Assembly (NCBI GenBank): GCA_037131105.1
Contig: JBAXRQ010000001.1
Span: forward strand, 637,465-701,464
From: a bacterium
GTDB taxonomy: Bacteria; Patescibacteriota; UBA1384; CAILIB01
Reading direction: 5' to 3'
Length of the DNA stretch: 64,000 bases
Both the position numbers and the translations under genes were made by a program. The notes below the pieces were generated by a model. The model searched no databases and had not been told where the DNA came from. It saw only the letters and a program-made list of their open reading frames with translations. Below are positions 29,519-38,259 of this stretch, in pieces (the first letter of the stretch is position 1; each line of letters starts with the position of its first letter).

Positions 29519-29949
29519 CCGATAATAATAAGAATTATGGGCCAGAGACGACCCAGTAGACTAAATGAAAAGAGTCCGAAGTTTACCAGTAGAAAGAATA
29601 TGCCGATGCCCACCAGCCAGAGTCCGGCCTGTGAACGGCCCCGGCCATAGCCATGGTCGATCTTTTTCCAGCTATCTTTGATCTCCTGGGCGAACTGCTC
29701 GGCATTGCGGTGCAATGACTCCTGCGATACTGTGCGCTCCTTTTCGGTCTCACTGGGCAAGAGCAGCCAGCATATGCCGTACAGAAGTATTCCGCTCCCC
29801 CCTACAAACGTAAGTAGCAAAAAGAGAAGCCTCACCAAGGTGGGGTCGGTCTCGAAGTATTCGGCAAGTCCGGCGCAGACGCCGGCAATCATTCGGTCGC
29901 TCTCGGAGCGGTAGAGGCGGTGCGGTTTTGGAGATTCAGGATCAGGCAT
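29488..29949 (-). CDS. PspC-domain protein (phage shock protein C family)
   Basis: RLYRSESDRMIAGVCAGLAEYFETDPTLVRLLF canonical PspC motif; C-terminal LiaI/LiaF-like TM hairpin. Confidence 0.85.
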   Translation of the reverse strand: MPDPESPKPHRLYRSESDRMIAGVCAGLAEYFETDPTLVRLLFLLLTFVGGSGILLYGICWLLLPSETEKERTVSQESLHRNAEQFAQEIKDSWKKIDHGYGRGRSQAGLWLVGIGIFFLLVNFGLFSFSLLGRLWPIILIIIGWQILTRSRR

Positions 29950-29969
29950 GGCGGTGACTTACTGATAAG

Positions 29970-30719
29970 CTACCTGCGGATCATCGTCTTATGGGCCTTT
30001 TTCTTTTCTATTGATTCGTTCAGCAGGTCTTTGTACTCCATCTCAGCCGGAGCCAGCTTCAGGGCCTTCTTGAATGAGGACTCGGCCTTGGCGTACTGGC
30101 GCATGGCCATATAGGCCATCCCTAAGTTTGCCTGCCGAGCGGCGTTCAGCTCATCCTGACGGACTGCCTGCTCGAACTGACGAATAGCGTCAGCATAGCG
30201 GTCCTGGTGGTACAGAACGAGACCTAGATTGTTGAGGATGAACCCGTTCTGGGCGTCGGTCTTAAGGGCCTGGCGGAAGGCTGCCTCGGCATCCTCCCAG
30301 TTGTCTCCGTTCTCCAGGTAGATGACACCCAGGCGGCTATAGGCCTTGCTACAGCGGGGATCCTTGGCAGCAGCCTGCAGGTAGAACTGCTCGGCGGCCT
30401 TCATCTCACCCTTACGGAAACAGACGTCTGCCTCGGCCAGCAGTCCCATTACCTCTGAGTCAGACTCATAGGCAGGCTCCTCCACCTCCTCTACCACCAC
30501 CTGGTCCACCGCCTCCTCTTCCTCAGCGGTCATGTCAAAATCAAAATGTCCGCCTGGCTCTTCCTTCTTTGTAGCAGACTTTCCTTTGAACTGCAGTAAG
30601 GAAGCTTTGGCTGGCTTGGAATGAGAATTCTGCTTGGACTTCTGCTTAAGCAGCTTGGGCCAATCAATTAAAAGACCGGCGAAGATGACTACGAGAAGGA
30701 CAAGGATGATTGCAATCAT
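29970..30719 (-). CDS. membrane-anchored TPR-repeat protein
   Basis: N-terminal TM helix, acidic linker, 4-5 TPR-like repeats. Confidence 0.65.
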   Translation of the reverse strand: MIAIILVLLVVIFAGLLIDWPKLLKQKSKQNSHSKPAKASLLQFKGKSATKKEEPGGHFDFDMTAEEEEAVDQVVVEEVEEPAYESDSEVMGLLAEADVCFRKGEMKAAEQFYLQAAAKDPRCSKAYSRLGVIYLENGDNWEDAEAAFRQALKTDAQNGFILNNLGLVLYHQDRYADAIRQFEQAVRQDELNAARQANLGMAYMAMRQYAKAESSFKKALKLAPAEMEYKDLLNESIEKKKAHKTMIRR

Positions 30720-30721
30720 GG

Positions 30722-31285
30722 TTAGCGAGGAGACGTGAATGGCTTAATGAGAAGATCGCTCTTGATTCCCGAATGGGCCAGGGCTTGCAGATGCAATAGG
30801 TTTCTTGCTTCCTGGCGCTGCTTGGGGTCCGTGAGGTCAAAGCTAGTGAAGGCCTGACGCCAGGCTTCGTAGTCTGAGCCTGCCTTACCTTCCAGTGTAG
30901 CATATTCCTGGTCTGAGGATAGTCTGGTAAGCCGAGAGCGCAGCGTAGGAAGCAGATGGTCGCTTTCCGATAGTAGTATCAGAAAAAACCCCGGAGGTGG
31001 TTCTTCCAGGATCTTGAGTAACGCATTAGCCGGCTCCATCTTGAGCTGGTCAGCACCGCGAATAATAGCGAGCTTCATCTCACCTACCCGGCTTCGGGCG
31101 GCAAACTGCCTAAGTAGACGTACTTCGGCGATAGCCAGCGGCTTCTCCTCGCCGGCAGACCATAGATCAGCTGGGTGAACCTGGACAGAGAGCTCAGTAG
31201 CTAGAGCAGACCATTCGGCTATAGGAGCCACAATGAGACTACTCGGTGCGAGGGGCTGAGAATAGGTAGAAAGGGTAAGTGGCAT
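30722..31285 (-). CDS. DNA polymerase III delta-prime-like protein lacking a P-loop
   Basis: KLAIIRGADQLKMEPANALLKILEEPP, the HolB/DnaX-type xNALLKxLEEPP motif. The protein is only ~187 aa with no Walker A. Start chosen at MPLTL. Confidence 0.5.
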   Translation of the reverse strand: MPLTLSTYSQPLAPSSLIVAPIAEWSALATELSVQVHPADLWSAGEEKPLAIAEVRLLRQFAARSRVGEMKLAIIRGADQLKMEPANALLKILEEPPPGFFLILLSESDHLLPTLRSRLTRLSSDQEYATLEGKAGSDYEAWRQAFTSFDLTDPKQRQEARNLLHLQALAHSGIKSDLLIKPFTSPR

Positions 31286-31475
31286 AGTACATTTACTATA
31301 TCCAATTAATACCGAAAAAACAGGGTACCAACCGATTGCGTAGGCGCTCCGGACAGGAACTCCCGCTTTCCGCAGGATTTCATCCTGCAAGTCGACCGGC
31401 TAGCTCCCATCCAAAGCTTTTAGCATTGTAGGGAGTCAAGTTGCACGTGAGCTGACCATCGAGTACACTCAGCCT

Positions 31476-31883
31476 ATGAGCGATACCGACACACCCCAGG
31501 TCCCCAGCGTACCAAACTTCCAGGACGTCACCCTGTACGACAAAGACACGGGCGAGCCGTTTATCTTTACCGCCAAGGAACAGGAGTTCTTCGCCCGCCA
31601 AGGCTTTACCCATGTGCCCGCCCACAGTCCGGAGCGGCGTAAACTACTCCGTGAGCAACGTTACAAGGGCAAGCCGATATTCAATGTAAAATGTATGTCG
31701 TGTGGCCGGGTTGGCAAAGTCACCCAGGAGCCACCCTATCCCCGCCAGATACTGTGCGAGTATTGTTTCGACGAAAAATGGAACGCTTTCCTAGAAGCGA
31801 ACCCTGAGAAACGAGCCCTCTATGAGGACGCAGCGGCTATTGAGCCGTTGCAAGGGCAGGCTGAGCCTGAGCTACCCGCTTAA
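31476..31883 (+). CDS. zinc-ribbon protein with a degenerate zf-trcl-like N-terminal segment
   Basis: PFIFTAKEQEFFARQGFTHVPAHSPERR resembles the conserved core of PF13451-type probable zinc-binding domains but the flanking CxxC ligands are replaced. An intact CMSCG...CEYC ribbon lies downstream. The 3' end overlaps rpmB by ~47 nt. Confidence 0.4.
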   Translation: MSDTDTPQVPSVPNFQDVTLYDKDTGEPFIFTAKEQEFFARQGFTHVPAHSPERRKLLREQRYKGKPIFNVKCMSCGRVGKVTQEPPYPRQILCEYCFDEKWNAFLEANPEKRALYEDAAAIEPLQGQAEPELPA

Positions 31884-32025
31884 GAGTACGCAGGCACCGG
31901 GTGCACATGCGAATACCATCCACTTTCTGGATGTTGGGCTGGATCGTGCGACGGGTCTTGTGCTGGGACTTCGGAACGTTGTTACCAGCGTGAGGACCTT
32001 TTGTGCAGAGCATGCATTTCGCCAT
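31837..32025 (-). CDS. rpmB: 50S ribosomal protein L28
   Basis: MAKCMLCTKGPHAGNNVPKSQHKTRRTIQPNIQK matches the L28 consensus (M-x-K/R-x-C-x-x-T-G-K...GNN-SH-K-T-RR---PN-QK). Confidence 0.85.
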   Translation of the reverse strand: MAKCMLCTKGPHAGNNVPKSQHKTRRTIQPNIQKVDGIRMCTRCLRTLKRVAQAQPALATAQ

Positions 32026-32101
32026 GGCAATCGGAGAGAGAATTGATATGATAGACTTTGCTTACCTTACCAGAATCTCCTTACAGGGTCAACTATAACC
32101 A

Positions 32102-32740
32102 ATGAGTTCTATATACTTACTCAACCTCCTGCAGGAATCCCTCCCCACTGCCGTTGTGTTCATAGTATCTCTGGTCGCGGCTATTTCCGTACACGAGTGC
32201 GCCCACGCCTGGACCGCCTATCGGCTTGGTGATGACACCCCCCACCTCCAGGGTCGCGTTACTCTTAATCCTGCCGCACACCTCGATCCACTTGGGAGCA
32301 TTGTCTTCCTAGTATTTGGTATGGGCTGGGGTCGTCCGGTCGTCTACAATCCCATGCGGCTCTCTCGTAAAGTGGACGAATTACTGATCGCCCTGGCCGG
32401 GCCAGCCAGTAACCTGGTATTTGCCCTCTTCTTGAATATATTGGCCTATGCAGTAGCCGGACCCGCTCCTTTTTACTCTGAAATACTCAGACAGGCCGCC
32501 GCCATCAACGTCATCCTGGCCGCCTTCAATATGGTCCCCATCCCACCTCTCGACGGATCTTCCATAGTGGCCTATTTCTGGCCTCCCTATCGCTCGCTTA
32601 TCGGCGGGCAGATTGGACTCATCATCCTGCTGGCGATAGTATTCGTACCTGTCGGCCCACACGGCGGCATTATCGGGACGATCATTCCTCCCGTTATCAA
32701 TCTATTCGACCTGGTCACCCACCTCTTCGGCCTTATTTAG
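32102..32740 (+). CDS. site-2 protease family zinc metalloprotease (peptidase M50)
   Basis: HECAHA (HExxH), NPAAHLDPLG and the NMVPIPPLDG motif. Confidence 0.8.
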   Translation: MSSIYLLNLLQESLPTAVVFIVSLVAAISVHECAHAWTAYRLGDDTPHLQGRVTLNPAAHLDPLGSIVFLVFGMGWGRPVVYNPMRLSRKVDELLIALAGPASNLVFALFLNILAYAVAGPAPFYSEILRQAAAINVILAAFNMVPIPPLDGSSIVAYFWPPYRSLIGGQIGLIILLAIVFVPVGPHGGIIGTIIPPVINLFDLVTHLFGLI

Positions 32741-32741
32741 G

Positions 32742-32927
32742 CTAGTAGCGGGTCCTGAGGTAGTCCTCAATGCGTGAGGTCAGGTTTACTGGCCGCTTGG
32801 ATGACCCCCTAGCCCCAGCGTCACGCTTATCCAGCAGCCGCTCCAACTCAGCATCACCAAAGATGTCCATCTCTTCCATTCCCCCATTTCGTTCCCAGGG
32901 TCGTCCCCTTCGGTTCTTGTCTGGCAT
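32742..32927 (-). CDS. small hypothetical protein
   Basis: 61-aa ORF abutting the M50 gene end; no recognisable domain. Confidence 0.2.
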   Translation of the reverse strand: MPDKNRRGRPWERNGGMEEMDIFGDAELERLLDKRDAGARGSSKRPVNLTSRIEDYLRTRY

Positions 32928-33076
32928 ACCGTCTCCTTTCTACTTGGTTATGGTTTGATCACCCTGCCTTTGCCCCATGCTACGGCCTGACACCTCGGAC
33001 GTCCGTAAACCAGAAAACAAATGATCTGTAACCTGGCACACATTGCATAGCTCAGCCGCTGTGCTATCCTTGCCCT

Positions 33077-33733
33077 ATGACTCCAAGTCCAGCCACCCAA
33101 CAGCTCGAGGAGTTCTTCTCCCACTACACCACTGTCAGCTTTGACAAAGGCGAGAGGATCCTGCGCGAATACGACTCACCAAACGGCGTCTTTTATATCA
33201 AGAAAGGCGTTGCCCGCATCTACCTGATCTCCGAAGAGGGCAACGAGCTTACCGCCCTACTACACTCACCCAAGAGCATACTGCCCTTGCGCTGGGCCAT
33301 GACTGGCTTACCTAACATCTACAACTACCAGGCCATGACCGCCGTGGAGATGTACCGGGCTCCCCGCGAGGGCTTCCAGGACTTCTTGAAGCACCATCCC
33401 GAGGCCTGCTTCCAGGTCTCCCAGCAGCTGGTGGCCGACTGTAGTGCCCTAGTGTACCGCATGCAGCACATCGTCTTCGGCAACGCCCACTCCAAAGTCT
33501 CCTCAGTGGTCCTTACCGCCGCCAAGCGCTTCAGCGTTAAGAACGAGAAGAACGGTGACATGATAGTGGAAGTTCCCTTCACCCACCAGCAGATCGCTGA
33601 TTCGGCAGGTATCACCCGTGAGACCGCCAGCCTGGAGATGAAGAAACTGAAGGAAGAAGGCCTAATCAGCTATAAGGGTCGTTCGCTTATCATTCACGAC
33701 ATGGAAAGCCTAGCCAAAGCTTCGTTCCTATGA
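33077..33733 (+). CDS. Crp/Fnr family transcriptional regulator
   Basis: cNMP-binding-like N-terminal domain and C-terminal HTH (THQQIADSAGITRETASLEMKKLKEEGLI). Confidence 0.8.
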   Translation: MTPSPATQQLEEFFSHYTTVSFDKGERILREYDSPNGVFYIKKGVARIYLISEEGNELTALLHSPKSILPLRWAMTGLPNIYNYQAMTAVEMYRAPREGFQDFLKHHPEACFQVSQQLVADCSALVYRMQHIVFGNAHSKVSSVVLTAAKRFSVKNEKNGDMIVEVPFTHQQIADSAGITRETASLEMKKLKEEGLISYKGRSLIIHDMESLAKASFL

Positions 33734-34044
33734 GCATTCAGAGATTCATCACCAGTCTCATGGAAGAAGACACTGCTCCTGGTGAGGCAGTGGCCCGTGA
33801 GGTAAAGGCCGGACTGGCTCCGGTCAGCTCGTACCTGCGCCGGGCAAGTGCCGGTATGGTCGTAGTACTCAGCAGTGCCATCGCCTGGCTGGGAGGAGTA
33901 TTCTGCCTGCTCATGGCCCTCTTTTTCTATCTCGCCAAGCTGGACAGCTTCGTAGTGCCCGCCATCCTTACCGCCGGCTTCAGCTGGCTGCTGGGACTAA
34001 TTATGGTCATCATCGGGTTCTGGCTGCTGCGACGGCCACGCTAA
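33730..34044 (+). CDS. small 2-TM membrane protein (holin-X-like topology)
   Basis: ATGA overlap with the crp-like gene; charged N-terminus then two TM helices and RRPR at the C-terminus. Confidence 0.4.
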   Translation: MSIQRFITSLMEEDTAPGEAVAREVKAGLAPVSSYLRRASAGMVVVLSSAIAWLGGVFCLLMALFFYLAKLDSFVVPAILTAGFSWLLGLIMVIIGFWLLRRPR

Positions 34045-34064
34045 TATATCACTAACGTACACTG

Positions 34065-34271
34065 ATGAGAGAATGGTCAATCCTCTTCCCCGATAAAGAA
34101 AAAGATCCTAAAGATGACCTGGAAGGGGAGATAATCTCCCATGATCTTCCGCCCCTGACTGAGAATCCTTTCGGCAAGAAGAATCCAGGTACTGATACTC
34201 CTCCCCACCATGTCCCTGAAGTACCCCCAGCAAGTGACCGGCCGACTTACCAAGAGCCTCCCCAGGATTAA
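34065..34271 (+). CDS. hypothetical Pro/acidic small protein
   Basis: ORF only; low complexity. Confidence 0.15.
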   Translation: MREWSILFPDKEKDPKDDLEGEIISHDLPPLTENPFGKKNPGTDTPPHHVPEVPPASDRPTYQEPPQD

Positions 34272-34834
34272 TCCTTTCGGAAATCATAGACTCGGATCTC
34301 TTTCTGCCAGCTCTTTAGCGGGATAATTTCTTTTGGCCTAATTCCCTTTATCTCAAAGGTAAGGCAGATAACCAGGCAACCCCGAAATATCCCCCGCTGG
34401 TACATCTTGTCTAATATAGTCCCGGTAAGGTAGCAGTACACGACGGTCGGCTTGGTGGGACGATAACTAAGTAGATCCTCGCGCCGCCACTGCATGGGAA
34501 GATTTCGATGTTTCAGATATGATCGGAGACGACCGGCCCAGTAGACACTGGTGCGCAGCTCCACGGCGACTATGCTCTTCCAGGAAAAGCGTTGACCAAG
34601 AAACGTTGCCACCGTGGCAATGCCGGATCCCGGCTCGTACAGCTCGTACTCCTCAGTGTCTTTGACATAGCGGCTGACGACGTCCTCCAAAATGGGGCCT
34701 TGTTCACCAAGGTCTGAACCCATGTACACCACCCGGTCAGACTTCTGATAACGAGTACCCTCAACCAAATAAAAAATCCCACCAAGGGTAATGGGTAGGA
34801 GAAGGATGATAATGATAATCTGGAGGATAAGCAT
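34268..34834 (-). CDS. membrane-anchored hypothetical protein, possibly SAM-methyltransferase-like
   Basis: Start chosen at MLILQIIIIILLLP (TM helix). LYEPGSGIATVA resembles the MTase motif I. The gene is AT-richer than its neighbours, and a TATAAT box lies ~6 nt upstream of the ATG. Confidence 0.35.
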   Translation of the reverse strand: MLILQIIIIILLLPITLGGIFYLVEGTRYQKSDRVVYMGSDLGEQGPILEDVVSRYVKDTEEYELYEPGSGIATVATFLGQRFSWKSIVAVELRTSVYWAGRLRSYLKHRNLPMQWRREDLLSYRPTKPTVVYCYLTGTILDKMYQRGIFRGCLVICLTFEIKGIRPKEIIPLKSWQKEIRVYDFRKD

Positions 34835-35076
34835 AGTACTATAATAGCATCTAGAAGCCACCCAATAACTACCCTGCTGCCTGCAAAGCAGGCTAACCAA
34901 GTTGTAAGGGAAGTGTGCCTCGTCAAGGTATCTTCGGATACCCTTCCTCCGCACTCTCCCCTTTCACTGCGGTTATCTGCTTTTCGGATCAAGGATAATT
35001 ATGTGATGACTTCTGGAAACGACTAAGGGCGCGCAGCAGTTGCTGCGCGCCCTTTGCGAAATACAAACGGCGTTTC

Positions 35077-35910
35077 CTAGGCGCCTTCCAATGGTTCGGT
35101 ACGATAGCAGAGTGCCCTCATGAGCATGTCGACTTGCTCGGGAGTGTCCGTACAGGCGGGAATCCTCTCCCAAAGGTCATGGTCAGCCCGGCAGATGGCT
35201 TGAAGGGTAGAGTTTTCTACTCCCACAGCCGGAGCCAACAGACGGGGATGACCTACCACCATGTTGGGGCTAAATCGCTCCTGAACCATCTTATAAGCTC
35301 CTACAAAATGCTCAGCCGTTAGTCCCCTGGGAAAGTACATGTTGACGCCCTTACCTGCACAGTCGTTGTGCTTGCAGGTATAGACTTCTCTAACCTCTAA
35401 GCGACGTCTGTGCAATAGGGCCTTGCGAACAAGGATGGTCAAGGCTCGTGGGACCATGAATGGACCCACCCCTGGTGGCCCAGCGATATAGAAGATTGGG
35501 AAGTTTTCGCTTCCGGGAGCCGTCAGCGAGTGCGTACACAACTCCTGAACAATCTTTTGCTGCACCAACCGTGAGTCCATACATCCGGTCAGGAGTCCGA
35601 TGACCAGATTAGGCTGCTCCGACTCAAGTACCCTTTGCCGGATTGCCTCCAGCATCGTGCACCCAAATTCTTTACGAGCCCACTCATCGTCATTCAAAAT
35701 TTCGTGTACAGCACCGTTAGGGCCGTATATAAAGTAGGCCAGAAGGTCCAGGTCCACCTGGAGGCCACCCACAACATCCTGTTCCATACCAGTCCCCACC
35801 CGGGCAATCCTGCCACATTCTGAAGCGGCATCATCTACCCCGCTTAGATCCTCTTCAGCCAATTGCTCACTTCCTTTCTTTTCCCCTGTCCTCAGCATTA
35901 CAGCATGCAC
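35077..35910 (-). CDS. hypothetical protein with beta-carbonic-anhydrase-like zinc motifs
   Basis: Hydrophobic strand plus CMDSR (LVIGLLTGCMDSRL), then ~70 aa later HNDCAG (VYTCKHNDCAGKG), which is the CxDxR...HxxC(G/A) pattern of beta-CAs. The start is uncertain, at 35910, 35898 or 35787. Confidence 0.4.
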   Translation of the reverse strand: MHAVMLRTGEKKGSEQLAEEDLSGVDDAASECGRIARVGTGMEQDVVGGLQVDLDLLAYFIYGPNGAVHEILNDDEWARKEFGCTMLEAIRQRVLESEQPNLVIGLLTGCMDSRLVQQKIVQELCTHSLTAPGSENFPIFYIAGPPGVGPFMVPRALTILVRKALLHRRRLEVREVYTCKHNDCAGKGVNMYFPRGLTAEHFVGAYKMVQERFSPNMVVGHPRLLAPAVGVENSTLQAICRADHDLWERIPACTDTPEQVDMLMRALCYRTEPLEGA

Positions 35911-36050
35911 GGACCCTTAGATATGTAGACTATCTTTTGTAATATGTCAAGATGCTTCTTCATTTCCCCCATGTAGATCTTTACGTTTTCCAGGGAAAAG
36001 GCTAGGCTGGAGAATGTGAACCTCACCTATCTCTAACCTCATTCATACCT

Positions 36051-37109
36051 ATGGCTTCCACCCGCTCCACCGGTGCCTCGTCACTGCTTACCCTTAACAA
36101 AGAGCAGAGCGCCCTGTTTTGCTCACCTGATGCCCACAACGCCCGCCGGCTTTACCGCGCCAAGCACCCCACCGCCGTGGCCGCCTTTAAGTGTATGGAC
36201 GGGCGCCTGAATCTTTCAGTCATCACCAAGACCCAAGCGGGACTAATCCAGCCGTTCCGAAATCTGGGTGGCAAGTTCGACCTTGGCTGGCCCTACTTTG
36301 GCAAGATGGTAAAGGACTGGGTAGATTCCTCCATTTCCCAGGGACGTGACTGTCTGATCCTGGTCACCTATCATTTCTCAAAGGGAGACACCCACCGCGG
36401 CTGCCGGGGATTCAACTATGACGTGGACAAGGCCCAGGAAAGCACTTCACACCTCAAAAAGCAGGTCGAGGATATCTTTGGCAGCCATCACAGCGTCATT
36501 TATCCCATCCAGGTTGGCATTGAGACCGATGAGGACGCCCTGCTTATCCATGGCGAAAATGGCGAGATCCTCGATCTGGGCAAGGAAAGTGACCTTTCCG
36601 AGTCCGATCTGCTAATCCGACTTGCCAAGCTTTTCCCAAGCATGAAGCAGCGGGTACGCCAGGATCTGCTTCGACTCCTCGTTGGTAACCAGCGCCATAT
36701 CCATGACATTCGCGAGGAGAACCGTCCCATCGCCGATGCTGAGCACAAGGAGTGGGTATTGGCGGTTGGCCGTGGTTTCGACTGGCTACATACGCTAAAT
36801 ACTGCCCTAATCGTCGGCCCTTACAGTCCTGATCTAGCCGATCCTATCCGGGTAGCCGCCGGTCTGCTCTGGGACAATATCGCCAGTGGGCGCATTCCCA
36901 AGACTACCGAGATGGTACTCCTAGCCTCTAGTCCTAGCTATGAGCTGGGTGGTACCGAGTGGCAGATCGCCGTGGAAAAATCCAACTTCATGGCCCACTT
37001 CGCCATGGACGTGGTAGCCGAACACGCGCCCGAGCTTGCCAAGATTATCAAGCCGGTAGTCGGTGTGGTGGATATGCATACGCTCCTCTTCCATCCCCAG
37101 AAATACTAA
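36051..37109 (+). CDS. hypothetical protein with an N-terminal beta-carbonic-anhydrase-like domain
   Basis: AVAAFKCMDGRLN, then QPFRNLGG (like beta-CA FVxRNxGN), then ILVTYHFSKGDTHRGCRG; an unassigned ~150-aa C-terminal extension follows. Confidence 0.4.
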   Translation: MASTRSTGASSLLTLNKEQSALFCSPDAHNARRLYRAKHPTAVAAFKCMDGRLNLSVITKTQAGLIQPFRNLGGKFDLGWPYFGKMVKDWVDSSISQGRDCLILVTYHFSKGDTHRGCRGFNYDVDKAQESTSHLKKQVEDIFGSHHSVIYPIQVGIETDEDALLIHGENGEILDLGKESDLSESDLLIRLAKLFPSMKQRVRQDLLRLLVGNQRHIHDIREENRPIADAEHKEWVLAVGRGFDWLHTLNTALIVGPYSPDLADPIRVAAGLLWDNIASGRIPKTTEMVLLASSPSYELGGTEWQIAVEKSNFMAHFAMDVVAEHAPELAKIIKPVVGVVDMHTLLFHPQKY

Positions 37110-37196
37110 GGCACGTCAATCCCCATGCTGATTGACTGATCTGGCGGTGACTGGTACGCTGACCCTGAACTTAGTTCGTCTATTTTTGTTTCGCCT

Positions 37197-38003
37197 GTGA
37201 CTCCGAATATTTCTTTGGCCGCGGAAGTCGTCTTCCACATCGGCCCGTTTGCCATCACCAATAGCATCTTCACGGCCTGGCTGGTCAGCCTCGGCCTACT
37301 ACTCTTTGGTGCCTTCATACGGTTCAATCTAAAAAAGATGGGCGGAAAGCTCCAGACCGGTTTGGAGCTCATCTACGACTGGCTAATCGAGACCGCTAAC
37401 GGCATCATCGGTAACCGTGCAGCCACCGCTGAGGTACTTCCCTATCTGCTGACCATCTTTCTCTTCATTCTCTTCTCGAACTGGTCCGGCCTACTACCTG
37501 GCTTTAACTCGGTTGGCTTCCACGAGATGAAGGAGGGACACGAAATCCTAGTACCTCTGCTGCGCGCACCTACCAGCGACCTGAACATGGTGGCGGTACT
37601 TGCCCTCTTCTCCATGGGCTACGTCCAATACCTGGGCTTCAAGTACGCTGGCTTCAAGGGCTACGCCGGCAGATTCGTCAACATCAGTAACCCCATCGGT
37701 TTCTTTGTTGGAGTCCTAGAGCTGCTTGGAGAGTTCACCAGGATCATCAGCTTTACCTTTCGACTATTCGGCAACGTCTTTGCAGGAGAGGTACTGATTA
37801 TGGTAATGTTCTACCTGACGATGACGCTATTACCCTATATAGCCATCATTCCGCTGCCATTCTTCCTCTTGGAAATGTTCGTAGGTCTGATCCAGGCCTT
37901 TATCTTCACCTTCCTTACCATCATCTTCGTCTCCCTGGCCGTCATCTCGCATGATACCGAGGGGCACGCACATGGCGGAGAAGAGCTTCACCTTACTACC
38001 TAA
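37197..38003 (+). CDS. atpB: ATP synthase F0 subunit a
   Basis: GTG start; ISFTFRLFGNVFAGEVL conserved Arg region; 5-6 TM helices. Confidence 0.9.
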   Translation: MTPNISLAAEVVFHIGPFAITNSIFTAWLVSLGLLLFGAFIRFNLKKMGGKLQTGLELIYDWLIETANGIIGNRAATAEVLPYLLTIFLFILFSNWSGLLPGFNSVGFHEMKEGHEILVPLLRAPTSDLNMVAVLALFSMGYVQYLGFKYAGFKGYAGRFVNISNPIGFFVGVLELLGEFTRIISFTFRLFGNVFAGEVLIMVMFYLTMTLLPYIAIIPLPFFLLEMFVGLIQAFIFTFLTIIFVSLAVISHDTEGHAHGGEELHLTT

Positions 38004-38028
38004 TCTATAGCCGTAACCCGGAGACCGT

Positions 38029-38256
38029 ATGAATCCAGAGACCCTGAAACTTATCGCCATGGGTGCCACCATCGCTGTCGGCGCTATCGCACCTGGCATC
38101 GCCATGGGCATGATCGGAAGCAAGAGCGTTGAGGCCATCGGCCGCAACCCAGAGACTGAGAACGCCGTCCGTACCGCCATGGTGCTTGGTCTGGCCTTCG
38201 TGGAGTCACTGGCCATCTTCTCCCTGGTCGTCGCCCTGATCATCCGCTTCGTCTAA
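38029..38256 (+). CDS. atpE: ATP synthase F0 subunit c
   Basis: 75 aa, two TM helices, GRNPE loop, carboxylate in FVESLAIF; GGAGACC Shine-Dalgarno. Confidence 0.9.
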   Translation: MNPETLKLIAMGATIAVGAIAPGIAMGMIGSKSVEAIGRNPETENAVRTAMVLGLAFVESLAIFSLVVALIIRFV

Positions 38257-38259
38257 CCA

